In this document: positions 16,429 to 26,564 of the stretch, in pieces
Layout: each line of letters opens with the position of its first letter
Position numbering within the stretch: position 1 is the stretch's first letter
Source of the DNA: an uncultured Alistipes sp.
GTDB taxonomy: Bacteria > Bacteroidota > Bacteroidia > Bacteroidales > Rikenellaceae
Length of the DNA: 64,000 nucleotides
Reading direction: 5' to 3'
Assembly: GCA_910587675.1 (NCBI GenBank)
Contig: CAJUMU010000006.1
Span: 1,741 to 65,740 of the forward strand
Program-made: the position numbers and the translations under genes
The notes under the pieces: model-generated
What the model was told of the DNA's origin: nothing
Databases searched by the model: none
What the model saw: the letters and a program-made list of their open reading frames with translations, nothing else

Positions 16429-18084
16429 TCATAAAAACAGCATCAACACCAATTGCGCCGTCACCACCCTGACGAACATCGACAAGGGATATACCGTGGC
16501 GTAAGCCACCGAAGCATGCTCCCCGGGGATGACGTCGTTGGCATAGTTCAACGCCATCGGATTGGCCATACTGCCGCACAACATTCCGCACGAGGTGCCG
16601 AAATCGACGCGAAACCATCGCATGGCAGCGACGCCGACCACAATTACGGGCACCATAGTAATGAGGAATCCAAGCCCTACCCACGCGGCTCCCGCGCGGC
16701 TCACCGCCGTCTCGAAGAAATCGCCGCCCGAGCTGAGTCCGAGGCACGCCAGATAGAGCGACAGTCCGAATCCTCGCAACATGAGGTTCGCGCTGCGGGT
16801 GGTGTATGTCACCAGATGCAGACGCGGGCCATAGGTGCCGATGAGTATTCCGACGATGATCGGACCTCCCGCCAAACCCAATTTGACAGGCACCGTCACC
16901 CCCGGCAACGACAACGGCACCGCCCCGAGCACGAGACCCAGAACGATCCCTATATAAATAGAGGTGAGATTCGGTTCGTTCAGTTCCTTTTCGGCATTGC
17001 CGAGCACCCGCTCGACCTTCTCCACCGCTACCCCGCTGCCGACCACCACCACGCAGTCGCCCATCTGCAACATCAGATCGGGCGTCGCCAGCAGCGCCAC
17101 GCCGCTGCGGTAGATGCGGCTTATGTTTATGCCGTAACTGTTGCGCAGACGCAACGCCCCGAGCCGCTTGCCGTTGATCTCGGGCCGCGTGATGATGATC
17201 CGCCGCGACACGAGCTGACTGTCGATGGCGTTCCAGTCCACGTTGTCGTTGTTCCAGTCGATGCTCTCGCGCTTGCCGATCATGGCCTCCACCGTATCGA
17301 TATCCTTGCGCGACGTGACGACCAGCACACGGTCGCCCTCCTGCATTACGGTATCGTTGGATGGCAGCACCACCTTGCCGTCGCGCCAAAGACGCGATAT
17401 GACGAAAGGCACGTGCGTGAACTCGGCCACCGTGTGCATGTCGCGTCCGAATACGCCCGGGTTCTGCACGCGCAGCGTGGCGATGAAGGTATTGTTCACA
17501 TGCTCCTCGTTGGGACCCGCCACATCGGTCGCGCGCACCCACAGGCGGTTCATGAGCATGATGGCGATTATAACGCCCACCACACCTAACGGATAGGTGA
17601 CGGCGCAACTCAACGCGGGCGACGACGAGGGCAGCCCCAACTGCGCCAATGTCTGCTGCGACGCTCCGAGAGCGGGGGTATTGGTCGTGGCGCCGCACAA
17701 TACGCCCGCCATGTCCGAGAGCGGAATGCCGAAACCGAAACTGAACCCCACAGCCATAGACGTGCCGAGGACGATTACCGCCAAACTCAACATATTGAGT
17801 TTAACGCCGCCCGAACGGAATGCGCTCATGAATCCCGGGCCGACCTGCAATCCGAGCGAATAGACGAACACCACCAGACCGAAATTCTCGGCGAACAGAA
17901 GCATCTGCGGATCGATCGTCACGCCGAAGTGGCCCGCCACAATACCCGCGAAGAACACGAACGTCACGCCGAGCGACACGCCCCACAAACGCACCTTGCC
18001 GAAGATAAGCCCCACGGCGCACACGATCGAAATGACCACCACCGCCTGCAAGGCCGAGTGGACGGTAAACAGAGATTCGAACAT
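16429..18084 (-). CDS. YidE/YbjL-type putative transporter (aspartate:alanine exchanger family) with two central TrkA-C/RCK_C domains
   Basis: 551 aa. Duplicated 5-6 TM halves flank two soluble RCK_C-like repeats (..GDRVLVVTSRKD.., ..GDCVVVVGSG..). Confidence 0.8.
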   Translation of the reverse strand: MFESLFTVHSALQAVVVISIVCAVGLIFGKVRLWGVSLGVTFVFFAGIVAGHFGVTIDPQMLLFAENFGLVVFVYSLGLQVGPGFMSAFRSGGVKLNMLSLAVIVLGTSMAVGFSFGFGIPLSDMAGVLCGATTNTPALGASQQTLAQLGLPSSSPALSCAVTYPLGVVGVIIAIMLMNRLWVRATDVAGPNEEHVNNTFIATLRVQNPGVFGRDMHTVAEFTHVPFVISRLWRDGKVVLPSNDTVMQEGDRVLVVTSRKDIDTVEAMIGKRESIDWNNDNVDWNAIDSQLVSRRIIITRPEINGKRLGALRLRNSYGINISRIYRSGVALLATPDLMLQMGDCVVVVGSGVAVEKVERVLGNAEKELNEPNLTSIYIGIVLGLVLGAVPLSLPGVTVPVKLGLAGGPIIVGILIGTYGPRLHLVTYTTRSANLMLRGFGLSLYLACLGLSSGGDFFETAVSRAGAAWVGLGFLITMVPVIVVGVAAMRWFRVDFGTSCGMLCGSMANPMALNYANDVIPGEHASVAYATVYPLSMFVRVVTAQLVLMLFL

Positions 18085-18102
18085 AACTCCGACTTATTTC
18101 GT

Positions 18103-20163
18103 TTATCGGCGCAAATCCATCTCGTCGAGCAGATACGACGCTCCGCCCACCTTGTCGATGGTGAAGAGCACGTAACGTATGTCGACCGATATGTTGCGGC
18201 AGATCGAGGGATCGAACTCCATGTCGCTCATCGTCGAACGCCACGTGCGGTCGAAGTTTATGCCCACCAGCTCGCCGCGGCCGTTTATCACGGGCGAACC
18301 CGAGTTGCCGCCCGAAGTGTGGTTGGTGGCGAGGAAACATACGGGGACGCTCACTCGGCCCGCTATCTCGCAACCCCAGCGGCCGTAATCCTTCGCGGCG
18401 TGGATGTCGCGCAGACGCTGCGGCACGTCATAATCGTAAATCTCGGGATTGTCCTTCTCCATCACGCCCTCCAGCGTCGACACGGGACGGTGATACTCGC
18501 CGTCGGCATATTCGTATCCCGCCACCGAGCCGTACGCCACGCGGAGCGTAAGGTTGGCGTCGGGGAAGAACGCGCGGTCGCGGTCCCACTCCATCATAGC
18601 CCGTACGAAGGGGCGGTACCACCGCTCCACCGAGGGGATGTTGCTCAGGTTGCGATAAGCCGACTCGGCGATACGCTTGCGCAGGGGCGAGAACATCGCG
18701 ACGAAACGCACCATCGGATCGTCGTCGATCTTCGCGGGATCGAACGACTCGGCTGTCAGCGTCGTATTATCGTAAAGTCGGTCGACATACTCCGACGCTC
18801 CCCCGCACTCGGCCACCGCCGCGGTCAGTTCGGCAGGAACGCGGTCGGCGGGCATACGGTCGAGAAACTCGCCGAGCATCTTGCGCGCGATGGCGCGATC
18901 GATCTTCGGCGAATAGTCCTTCATGAAACTCTCGCGCATTTCGCGGGCCGCCGAGGCGAAATCCTCGCCCTCCTTCATGCGGCTGCGGCGCGCCGTCAGC
19001 TGCGACGCGAAACGCACCGCCTCGATGGCTCCAACCGACTCGGTATAGAGTTCGTAAACGTAATATTCGGGCTTCGCCGCGTCGTACGCCGTGCGGATCG
19101 AATCGAGCAGACCCGCATACTCGGGCTTCGAAGCGGCCCAAGCGGCGAACCGCTTCTCGTACGCCCGCTTCTTATCGGCCGTGCCCAGACGGCGCAGCCC
19201 CAGCACCTCGCCCTGCCACTTTTTCCAAGCGTTGGCTATCGAGGCGTGCTTCGACGCATATTGTATACGCACGGCGGGATCCTCGGCCTGGGCCGCCGAG
19301 ATTATGTCGAGCCGCTGCGTGCGCAGCTCTATCTTCATGGGATCCGACACCTCGGCCACATACTCCACCGCATCCGAAGTGACATACTCCTGCGTGTTGC
19401 CCGGGAAGCCGTATATCATGGTGAAATCGCCCTCGTCGACGCCCTTCACCGATATGGGGAAGTGACGCTTGGGACGATAGGGGCGGTTGGCCTTCGAATA
19501 GTCAGCGGGACGGTTGTCCTCGCCCGCATAAACTCTGAATACCGAGAAGTCGCCCGTATGTCGCGGCCACACCCAGTTGTCGGTATCGCCTCCGAACTTG
19601 CCCACCGACGAGGGAGGCGCACCCACCAGACGCACGTCGCGGAACACGTCGTACACGAACAGGAAATACTGGTTGCCGTAATACATAGGCTGCACGTCGG
19701 CCGCATGCCCCTCCTCCGAGGCGGCCTTGGCTATCTCGGCGGGTTTCTCGCCCGCCGCCACGCGCTCCGTCACATCCTCCATACGCACCAGTATGCGCAC
19801 CGAAAGCCCGGGCACGGGCAACTCGCCCGCGCGCGATTGCGCCCAGAATCCGTGAGTCAGATAGTCGCGCTCCACCGACGAGAGGCTCTGTATGGAGCCG
19901 TAGCCGCAATGGTGGTTGGTGAGCAGCAAGCCCTCGGCCGAGACGAACTCGCCAGTGCATCCGCCGCCGAATAGCACCACGGCATCCTTCATCGAGGCCT
20001 TGTTGACCGAGTAGATATCCTCGGCCGTAAGGCGGAAACCCTTCCTGCGCATATCCTTTATGCGCGATCCGATGAGGCTCGGCAGCCACATTCCTTCGTC
20101 GGCCGCGGCCGAGAGGAGTATCGCGACGCACGCGAACAGCGATAACGTAACCTTTTTCATCAT
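18103..20163 (-). CDS. S46 family dipeptidyl-peptidase (DPP11-like)
   Basis: 686 aa. Signal peptide then DEGMWLP. Ser-protease block TSGGNSGSPVINGRGELVGINFDR. The Arg 18 residues after the catalytic Ser matches the Asp/Glu-specificity Arg of P. gingivalis DPP11, as I recall it. Confidence 0.85.
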   Translation of the reverse strand: MMKKVTLSLFACVAILLSAAADEGMWLPSLIGSRIKDMRRKGFRLTAEDIYSVNKASMKDAVVLFGGGCTGEFVSAEGLLLTNHHCGYGSIQSLSSVERDYLTHGFWAQSRAGELPVPGLSVRILVRMEDVTERVAAGEKPAEIAKAASEEGHAADVQPMYYGNQYFLFVYDVFRDVRLVGAPPSSVGKFGGDTDNWVWPRHTGDFSVFRVYAGEDNRPADYSKANRPYRPKRHFPISVKGVDEGDFTMIYGFPGNTQEYVTSDAVEYVAEVSDPMKIELRTQRLDIISAAQAEDPAVRIQYASKHASIANAWKKWQGEVLGLRRLGTADKKRAYEKRFAAWAASKPEYAGLLDSIRTAYDAAKPEYYVYELYTESVGAIEAVRFASQLTARRSRMKEGEDFASAAREMRESFMKDYSPKIDRAIARKMLGEFLDRMPADRVPAELTAAVAECGGASEYVDRLYDNTTLTAESFDPAKIDDDPMVRFVAMFSPLRKRIAESAYRNLSNIPSVERWYRPFVRAMMEWDRDRAFFPDANLTLRVAYGSVAGYEYADGEYHRPVSTLEGVMEKDNPEIYDYDVPQRLRDIHAAKDYGRWGCEIAGRVSVPVCFLATNHTSGGNSGSPVINGRGELVGINFDRTWRSTMSDMEFDPSICRNISVDIRYVLFTIDKVGGASYLLDEMDLRR

Positions 20164-20218
20164 AATGGTTCAAATGTTTTTCGATTCGACAAAAATAGGC
20201 AAAAAGTGATAAAATGCC

Positions 20219-20226
20219 TATATTTG
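20219..20226 (+). promoter_or_regulatory. Candidate -7 box TATATTTG upstream of the DUF4965-type gene
   Basis: TAnnTTTG match 38 nt before the ATG at 20264. No clean -33. Confidence 0.35.
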
Positions 20227-20263
20227 TCGGATAAAACCGTTATATAATCGGAATCTTTAATCT

Positions 20264-22741
20264 ATGACAAAAAATCTACTATTCGCGGCGGCCGCGACGG
20301 CAATGCTCCTTTCGTGCGCCACGACACCCGAGCAGGTGAAGAACGAGCTTCGCGCTCCCGCCTACCCGCTCATCACCATCGACCCCTACACCAGCGCATG
20401 GTCGACCACCGACCGCCTCTACGACAGTCAGGTGAAACACTGGACGGGACGCGACTTTCCCCTGATGGGAACCCTCCGCGTCGACGGCGAGCTCTATCGC
20501 TTCATGGGCGAGGAGATCAGCCCCATGCAGGCCCTCGCGCCCATCTCCTATGAGGAGCCTTGGACGGGCGCCTACACCTTCGACGCTTCGCGCGGCGAGT
20601 GGCAGGCCGCCGATTTCGACGACAAGGCTTGGAAACGCGGCGAGGCGGCGTTCGGCACCCCCGAGGAGACCAACATCCACACGCCGTGGCTCACGAAGGA
20701 CATCTGGGTGCGCCGCACCGTGGAGATCGATCCCGCCGAGCTCGGCAACAGCACCCTTTTCGTAAAGTATTCGCACGACGACACGTTCCAACTCTACTTC
20801 AACGGCCGAGAGATCGTCTCGACGCCTTACGAGTGGAAAAAGGATCGTTGGGTCGAGATATCGCCCGAGCTGGCCGCCACGGCCGCCGACGGCAAGATCG
20901 TCCTCGCAGCGCACTGCAACAACCGCACGGGCGGCGCGCTGGTCGATATGGGACTCTACAAGCGCAGCAACGACGCAGTGGTGATGGACGCCGCGGCCGA
21001 GCAGCTCGCGGTGGACGTGCAGGCCACGCGCACCGTTTACGATTTCGCCTGCGGCGGAGTCGATCTGCGCCTGACCTTTACCGCGCCCCTGCTTCTGGAG
21101 GATCCCGAGCTGGTATCGCGTCCCGTGAACTACATATCTTACGAGGCGAAGTCCAACGACGGCGCCGAGCATGACGTGCAGATCTACTTCGAGGCTTCGC
21201 CCGACTGGTCGCGCGACTCGTCGGGACAGAAATGCACCGTCGAGAGCTACGACGACTCGCGCTTCAACTATGTCAAGAGCGGCACCGTCGACCAGAATAT
21301 CCTCGCCCGCAAAGGCGACGACCTGCGCATCGACTGGGGCTACTTCCTCATGGCTGCCGACAAGACGTCGAGCCGCGGCGCGGTGGGCGATCCCGTCGTG
21401 ATGCGTCGCGAATTCGCCGACCGAGGCACCGTCGAGAGCCGCAGCGAGGGCACGCAGATGGTTCTGTGCGACCGAATCGGCAAGGTGGGCGCCAAGCCCG
21501 TCGAAGGATACGTGATGTTGGGCTACGACGACATATATTCGATACAGTACTTCGGCGACAACGTCCGCCCCTACTGGAACCGTAAGGGCGACAGCACCAT
21601 CGAGGCGCAGTTCGCGGCGGCGGCCGACGACTACCGCTCGCTCAAGAAGCGTTGCGAGCGTTTCGACGCCGAGTTGATGCGCGACGCCGCCGAGGCGGGA
21701 GGCAAGCAGTACGCCGAGCTGTGCGCGCTGGCCTATCGTCAGGCCATATCGGCCCACAAGCTCATCGAGACGCCGCAGGGCGAATTGGCATGGCTCTCGA
21801 AGGAGAACTTCAGCAACGGATCGATCGGCACGGTGGACGTCACCTACCCCTCGGCCCCGATGTTCCTCTACTACAACCCCGAGTTCGCCAAGGCGCTGCT
21901 CAACTTCATATTCTATTACAGCGAGAGCGGCAAATGGACCAAGCCTTTCCCCGCCCACGACGTGGGCACCTACCCGCTGGCCAACGGCCAGACATACGGC
22001 GGCGACATGCCCGTCGAGGAGAGCGGCAACATGGTCATCCTCACGGGCGCGATATGCAAGGCCGAGGGTAAGGCCGATTATGCGCTCAAGCATTGGGACG
22101 CCCTCACCACATGGACCGACTATCTGGTGGAGAACGGCGCCGATCCCGCCAACCAGCTCTGCACCGACGACTTCGCGGGTCACTGGGCGCGCAACGCCAA
22201 CCTCGCCATCAAGGCCATAGTGGGCGTGGCGGCTTACGGCGACATGGCTCGCATGGCGGGCAAGACCGACGTGGCGGAGAAGTACACGGCCATAGCCCGC
22301 GAGATGGCGGCGCGCTGGAAAGAGATGGCCGCCGCGGGCGACCACTACCGCCTGACGTTCGACGAGGGCGACACTTGGAGCCAGAAATACAACCTCGTGT
22401 GGGACAAACTGCTCGGTTACAACGTATTCGACGCCGACATCGCTCCTACCGAGATCGCCTACTATCTCACGCGTCAGAACAAATACGGTCTGCCGCTCGA
22501 CGTGCGCCGCGCCTACACCAAATCCGACTGGATCGTGTGGACCGCCACCATGGCCGACGACAAGGCGACTTTCGAGCGTTTCATCGCTCCCATGCACGCC
22601 TTCATGAACGAGACAACCGACCGTATACCCATGAGCGACTGGTACAACACCGACACCACCACCCATGTCGGCTTCCAAGCCCGTTCGGTCGTGGGCGGCT
22701 ACTTCATTAAGATGCTCGCCGAACGCGACGGAAAAAAATAA
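20264..22741 (+). CDS. Glutaminase A-like multi-domain protein (DUF4964/DUF5127/DUF4965/DUF1793 architecture), putative glycoside hydrolase lipoprotein
   Basis: 825 aa. Lipoprotein-like signal (..AMLLSCATT..). N-terminal LRAPAYPLITIDPYTSAWS..HWTG..LRVDGELYRFMG block characteristic of this family. Confidence 0.75.
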   Translation: MTKNLLFAAAATAMLLSCATTPEQVKNELRAPAYPLITIDPYTSAWSTTDRLYDSQVKHWTGRDFPLMGTLRVDGELYRFMGEEISPMQALAPISYEEPWTGAYTFDASRGEWQAADFDDKAWKRGEAAFGTPEETNIHTPWLTKDIWVRRTVEIDPAELGNSTLFVKYSHDDTFQLYFNGREIVSTPYEWKKDRWVEISPELAATAADGKIVLAAHCNNRTGGALVDMGLYKRSNDAVVMDAAAEQLAVDVQATRTVYDFACGGVDLRLTFTAPLLLEDPELVSRPVNYISYEAKSNDGAEHDVQIYFEASPDWSRDSSGQKCTVESYDDSRFNYVKSGTVDQNILARKGDDLRIDWGYFLMAADKTSSRGAVGDPVVMRREFADRGTVESRSEGTQMVLCDRIGKVGAKPVEGYVMLGYDDIYSIQYFGDNVRPYWNRKGDSTIEAQFAAAADDYRSLKKRCERFDAELMRDAAEAGGKQYAELCALAYRQAISAHKLIETPQGELAWLSKENFSNGSIGTVDVTYPSAPMFLYYNPEFAKALLNFIFYYSESGKWTKPFPAHDVGTYPLANGQTYGGDMPVEESGNMVILTGAICKAEGKADYALKHWDALTTWTDYLVENGADPANQLCTDDFAGHWARNANLAIKAIVGVAAYGDMARMAGKTDVAEKYTAIAREMAARWKEMAAAGDHYRLTFDEGDTWSQKYNLVWDKLLGYNVFDADIAPTEIAYYLTRQNKYGLPLDVRRAYTKSDWIVWTATMADDKATFERFIAPMHAFMNETTDRIPMSDWYNTDTTTHVGFQARSVVGGYFIKMLAERDGKK

Positions 22742-22763
22742 GGTCAGCCGACCGCATACGAAA

Positions 22764-22797
22764 ACACCGCTCGGAAATTCCGAGCGGTGTTTTTCTT
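22764..22797 (+). terminator. Rho-independent (bidirectional) terminator
   Basis: Stem ACACCGCTCGG / CCGAGCGGTGT, flanked by AAAA upstream and TTTTTC downstream. Confidence 0.7.
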
Positions 22798-22898
22798 TAA
22801 CTCGGTAATGCCCTCGGGCATTACCATCCTCGGCGGCTCGCACCTTCGGTGCGCCCCCCCCCGCAGCCGCCGAGGATTATAAGGGGAGATATAATTTT

Positions 22899-24230
22899 TT
22901 ACAAACGCGCCTTTATCTTCTTCGACTCCTCCTCATACCCGGGCTTGTCGAGCAACGCGAACATATTCTTCTTGTAAGCCTCCACACCCGGCTGGTTGAA
23001 GGGGTTCACGCCCAGAATATAGCCGCTTATGCCGCACGCTTTCTCGAAGAAGTAGATCAACGCGCCGATCGACTTCTCGTCGATGGCGGGAATCTCGACG
23101 CGGATATTGGGCACCCCGCCGTCGATATGCGCCAGTTGCACGCCCAACTCGGCCATCTTGTTGATCTCCGAGATGCGTTTGCCTGCAAGGAAGTTCAAAC
23201 CGTCCAGATTCTCGGCGTCGGCCTCCACCTTCACCGTATGCTTGGCCTCGGCAACCGATATGATGGTCTCGAACAACGTGCGCTCGCCCTCCTGAATATA
23301 CTGGCCCATAGAGTGCAGGTCGGCCGTCAGCGTCACGCTGGCGGGGAATATGCCCTTGCCGTCCTTGCCCTCGCTCTCGCCGTAAAGCTGTTTCCACCAC
23401 TCGGCCACGTACTGCAACTTAGGCTCGTACGAACCCAGAATCTCGGTCTTCTTGCCCGACTCGTACAGAGCGTTGCGAGCGATGGCGTAAATGGCCGAAA
23501 GGTTCTCCTCCACGGGCACGTCGGCCGCGGTAGCTTTCTCCATCTCCACGGCGCCTGCGACCAGAGCCTTGATATCGACACCGGCCACGGCCAGCGGCAG
23601 CAGACCCACGGGGGTCAGCACCGAGAAACGGCCGCCCACATCGTCGGGAATGACGAAAGTGGGATAACCCTCGTTCGTCGCCAGCGTCTTCAGCGCGCCG
23701 CGCGCCTTGTCGGTAACGGCAACGATGCGGGTCGCGGCGTCGGCCTTGCCGTAACGCTTCTCTATTTCGGCCTTGATGATGCGGAACGCAATGGCGGGCT
23801 CGGTCGTGGTTCCCGACTTCGAGATCACGATGGCGGCTATCGAGTAATCCTTCACGGCCTCCAGCAGTTCGTAAGTGTAATCCTCCGAGATGTTCTGGCC
23901 CGCGAATACCACGGTGGGATTCGCATGCTTGCGGTGCAGATACTCGAACGAGTCGTTCATGGCCTCGATAACGGCCTTGGCTCCGAGATACGAGCCGCCG
24001 ATGCCGATACATATCACTACCTCGGCCTTGGCGCGCAACTGCGCCGCCTGCGCCTCGATGGCGGCTATCTGCTCGGCGTCGATAGACGACGGCAGGTTCA
24101 CCCAACCCAGAAAATCGTTGCCCTCGCCTTCGCCCGAGTGAAGCAACGCATTGGCCTGCTGCGCGCGGGCCATCATGCCCTCGTCGACCGTAACGCCCGA
24201 CTTGGCAATATCCAATTTTATCAAACTCAT
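22899..24230 (-). CDS. pgi: Glucose-6-phosphate isomerase
   Basis: 443 aa. Bacteroidetes/Firmicutes-type short PGI with SIS-domain blocks (..[10 protein letters not shown].., ..SKSGTTTEP.., ..GGRFSVL..). Confidence 0.9.
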   Translation of the reverse strand: MSLIKLDIAKSGVTVDEGMMARAQQANALLHSGEGEGNDFLGWVNLPSSIDAEQIAAIEAQAAQLRAKAEVVICIGIGGSYLGAKAVIEAMNDSFEYLHRKHANPTVVFAGQNISEDYTYELLEAVKDYSIAAIVISKSGTTTEPAIAFRIIKAEIEKRYGKADAATRIVAVTDKARGALKTLATNEGYPTFVIPDDVGGRFSVLTPVGLLPLAVAGVDIKALVAGAVEMEKATAADVPVEENLSAIYAIARNALYESGKKTEILGSYEPKLQYVAEWWKQLYGESEGKDGKGIFPASVTLTADLHSMGQYIQEGERTLFETIISVAEAKHTVKVEADAENLDGLNFLAGKRISEINKMAELGVQLAHIDGGVPNIRVEIPAIDEKSIGALIYFFEKACGISGYILGVNPFNQPGVEAYKKNMFALLDKPGYEEESKKIKARL

Positions 24231-24268
24231 CGTTTTTGCGATTTTGGTTTATAATTTTAATGAATCGA

Positions 24269-25267
24269 TCATATCAATTTAGCGGTCAGGTCGCACATCG
24301 CACGACGCGCCGAAGCCCCGCGATAGAGCACCTCGTACACCATGTCGGCAATGGGCAGCTCCACCTCGTGCGACGTCGAGGTGTGGCGTATGCACTCGGC
24401 GGCGTAATACCCCTCGGCGACCATCGTCATCTCGTTCATTGCGCTGCGCACGGTGCACCCGCGCCCTATGAGCAGACCCAAACGGCGGTTGCGGCTGTAT
24501 GTCGAATAACATGTCACCAACAGGTCGCCCAGATAGGCCGAGGCGTAAACGCTGCGTTCGCCGCGGCAGTACACCGACAGAAAACGGCTCATCTCGGCCG
24601 CGCAGTTCGATATGAGCACCGCCACGAAGTTGTCGCCGTAACCCAGCCCGACGGCCAGTCCCACCGCCAGCGCATATATGTTTTTCATGATAGCCGCATA
24701 TTCCACGCCATAAATGTCGTCGGAACAGCTCACGCGGATGTACGGCCTCTCGAACATGGCCCCTATGCTCCTGCACGTCGCCTCGTCGCGGCACACCGCC
24801 GTGAGATACGACAAACGTCCCATACCGACCTCCTCGGCATGCGAAGGACCCGTCACGATAGCCATCTGCGATTCGGGCACGCCGTAACGGCGCGACACGT
24901 ACTCGGCCACCGACAGAAAATCGTCGGGCACGATACCTTTCACGGCCGACACCACCACCTTGTCCGACAGAGGTTCGGCGAGCGGCTCCAGAACTTTCTT
25001 CAGAAAAGCCGAAGGCATGGCCAGCACCACGGTCTCGGCCCCCGCGACCGCCTCGTTCACGTCGAACGTCGCCTCGATGAGCGATCGGTCCAACTCGGCG
25101 TCGCGCAGATATTTGCAGTTGCGGCCCTCGTCCGCCACCGACGCGAGCACTTCGGGGTTGAGGATATGCCATCCCACGCGCACGCCGTTCTCGGTGAGTA
25201 TCTTCACTATGGCCGTGGCCCAGCTTCCGTACCCGATGACGGCACATTTGCGACCGTTGTTTGTCAT
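24269..25267 (-). CDS. gpsA: NAD(P)H-dependent glycerol-3-phosphate dehydrogenase
   Basis: 332 aa. N-terminal AVIGYGSWATA Rossmann motif and GpsA-like central/C-terminal blocks (..VKGI.., ..NRRLG..G.G..). Confidence 0.9.
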   Translation of the reverse strand: MTNNGRKCAVIGYGSWATAIVKILTENGVRVGWHILNPEVLASVADEGRNCKYLRDAELDRSLIEATFDVNEAVAGAETVVLAMPSAFLKKVLEPLAEPLSDKVVVSAVKGIVPDDFLSVAEYVSRRYGVPESQMAIVTGPSHAEEVGMGRLSYLTAVCRDEATCRSIGAMFERPYIRVSCSDDIYGVEYAAIMKNIYALAVGLAVGLGYGDNFVAVLISNCAAEMSRFLSVYCRGERSVYASAYLGDLLVTCYSTYSRNRRLGLLIGRGCTVRSAMNEMTMVAEGYYAAECIRHTSTSHEVELPIADMVYEVLYRGASARRAMCDLTAKLI

Positions 25268-25334
25268 GCGAGAGAACAGTTGATGTTAACGCCGACAAAA
25301 GTAGTAATTTTTCCGTGAAAAAAGTCGGGATGCT

Positions 25335-25368
25335 CTTGCAAAACTTATCCATCTTTTTCCTACCTTTG
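25335..25368 (+). promoter_or_regulatory. Candidate promoter of the mre operon
   Basis: -7 TACCTTTG (25361-25368). Imperfect -33 CTTG (25335-25338) with a 22-nt spacer. Confidence 0.4.
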
Positions 25369-25471
25369 TGCAGTCGTGCGCGTCGCATCGCGCGGGCATA
25401 CGCATTCGCGAAGCCTAACGACACGCAATCAATCGTTTAACGGGACAAGAAGTTAGTTAAGGAGTTACAAT

Positions 25472-26491
25472 ATGGGATTTTTTTCATTGACGCAGGAGTT
25501 GGCCATCGACCTCGGTACGGCCAATACGTTGATTATCTATAACGGCAAGGTCGTGGTCGACGAACCCTCGATCGTGGCTCTGGACGTACACACGGGCAAG
25601 GTGATGGCCATAGGCCAGCAGGCCCGCCAGATGCACGAGAAGACCAACCCCACAATCAAGACCATCCGCCCGCTGAAGGACGGCGTTATCGCCGACTTCA
25701 ACGCCACGGAACTCATGCTGCGCGGCCTTATCAAGAAAGTCCGCACGTCGAGCAGCATGTTCGCCCCCTCGCTGCGCATGGTGATCTGCATCCCCTCGGG
25801 TTCGACCAACGTCGAGATCCGCGCCGTGCGCGACTCGGCCGAGCACGCGGGAGGACGCGACGTCTACATGATCTTCGAGCCTATGGCGGCCGCGCTGGGC
25901 GCGGGTCTCGACGTGGAGGCTCCCGAAGGCAACATGGTTATCGACATCGGCGGCGGAACCTCGGAGATCGCCTGCATATCGTTGGGCGGCATCGTCTGCT
26001 CGGAGTCGATAAACGTGGCGGGCGACGTCTTCACCGCCGACATTCAGAATTACGTGCGCCAGCAGCATAACATCCGCATCGGCGAACGCACGGCCGAGGC
26101 CATCAAATGCTCGATCGGCGCAGCCGTCCCCGAACTGGAGGAGGAGCCCGACGATTACGTGATAACCGGTCCCAACATGCTCACGGCGTTGCCGCAGACG
26201 GTCACGCTGAGCTACAACGAGATAGCCTACGCGTTAGAGAAGTCGCTCGTGAAGCTCGACGCCGCGCTGATGAAGGTGCTCGAGACCATGCCCCCCGAGC
26301 TGTACGCCGACATCGTGAAGAACGGCGTCTATCTGGCGGGAGGCGGAGCCTTGATAAAGGGCCTCGACAAGCGTCTGTCGGACAAGTCGGGCCTGCCGTT
26401 CCACATCGCCGAGGATCCGCTGCGCGCCGTGGCGCGAGGCACCAGCATCGCGATGAAGAATATCGACAAGTTCTCGTTCCTGATGAGATAA
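25472..26491 (+). CDS. mreB: Rod shape-determining protein MreB
   Basis: 339 aa. Actin-fold motifs AIDLGTANT, DIGGGTSE, GGGALIKGLD. Confidence 0.95.
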   Translation: MGFFSLTQELAIDLGTANTLIIYNGKVVVDEPSIVALDVHTGKVMAIGQQARQMHEKTNPTIKTIRPLKDGVIADFNATELMLRGLIKKVRTSSSMFAPSLRMVICIPSGSTNVEIRAVRDSAEHAGGRDVYMIFEPMAAALGAGLDVEAPEGNMVIDIGGGTSEIACISLGGIVCSESINVAGDVFTADIQNYVRQQHNIRIGERTAEAIKCSIGAAVPELEEEPDDYVITGPNMLTALPQTVTLSYNEIAYALEKSLVKLDAALMKVLETMPPELYADIVKNGVYLAGGGALIKGLDKRLSDKSGLPFHIAEDPLRAVARGTSIAMKNIDKFSFLMR

Positions 26492-26564
26492 ACGCGGGCT
26501 CGTCCGACGACGAGCGCGTCGCGGCGGGACCCCTCGCCGCGATCGTCGCCAATGAAGGTTAGGA

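Noticed and set aside
20279-22843. 854-aa ORF on the minus strand, the longest in the region
   Set aside because: It is fully antisense to the well-supported DUF4965-type gene (20264-22741). Its translation is Arg/Gly/His/Val-rich with no recognisable motif. This is a typical shadow ORF of GC-rich coding DNA.
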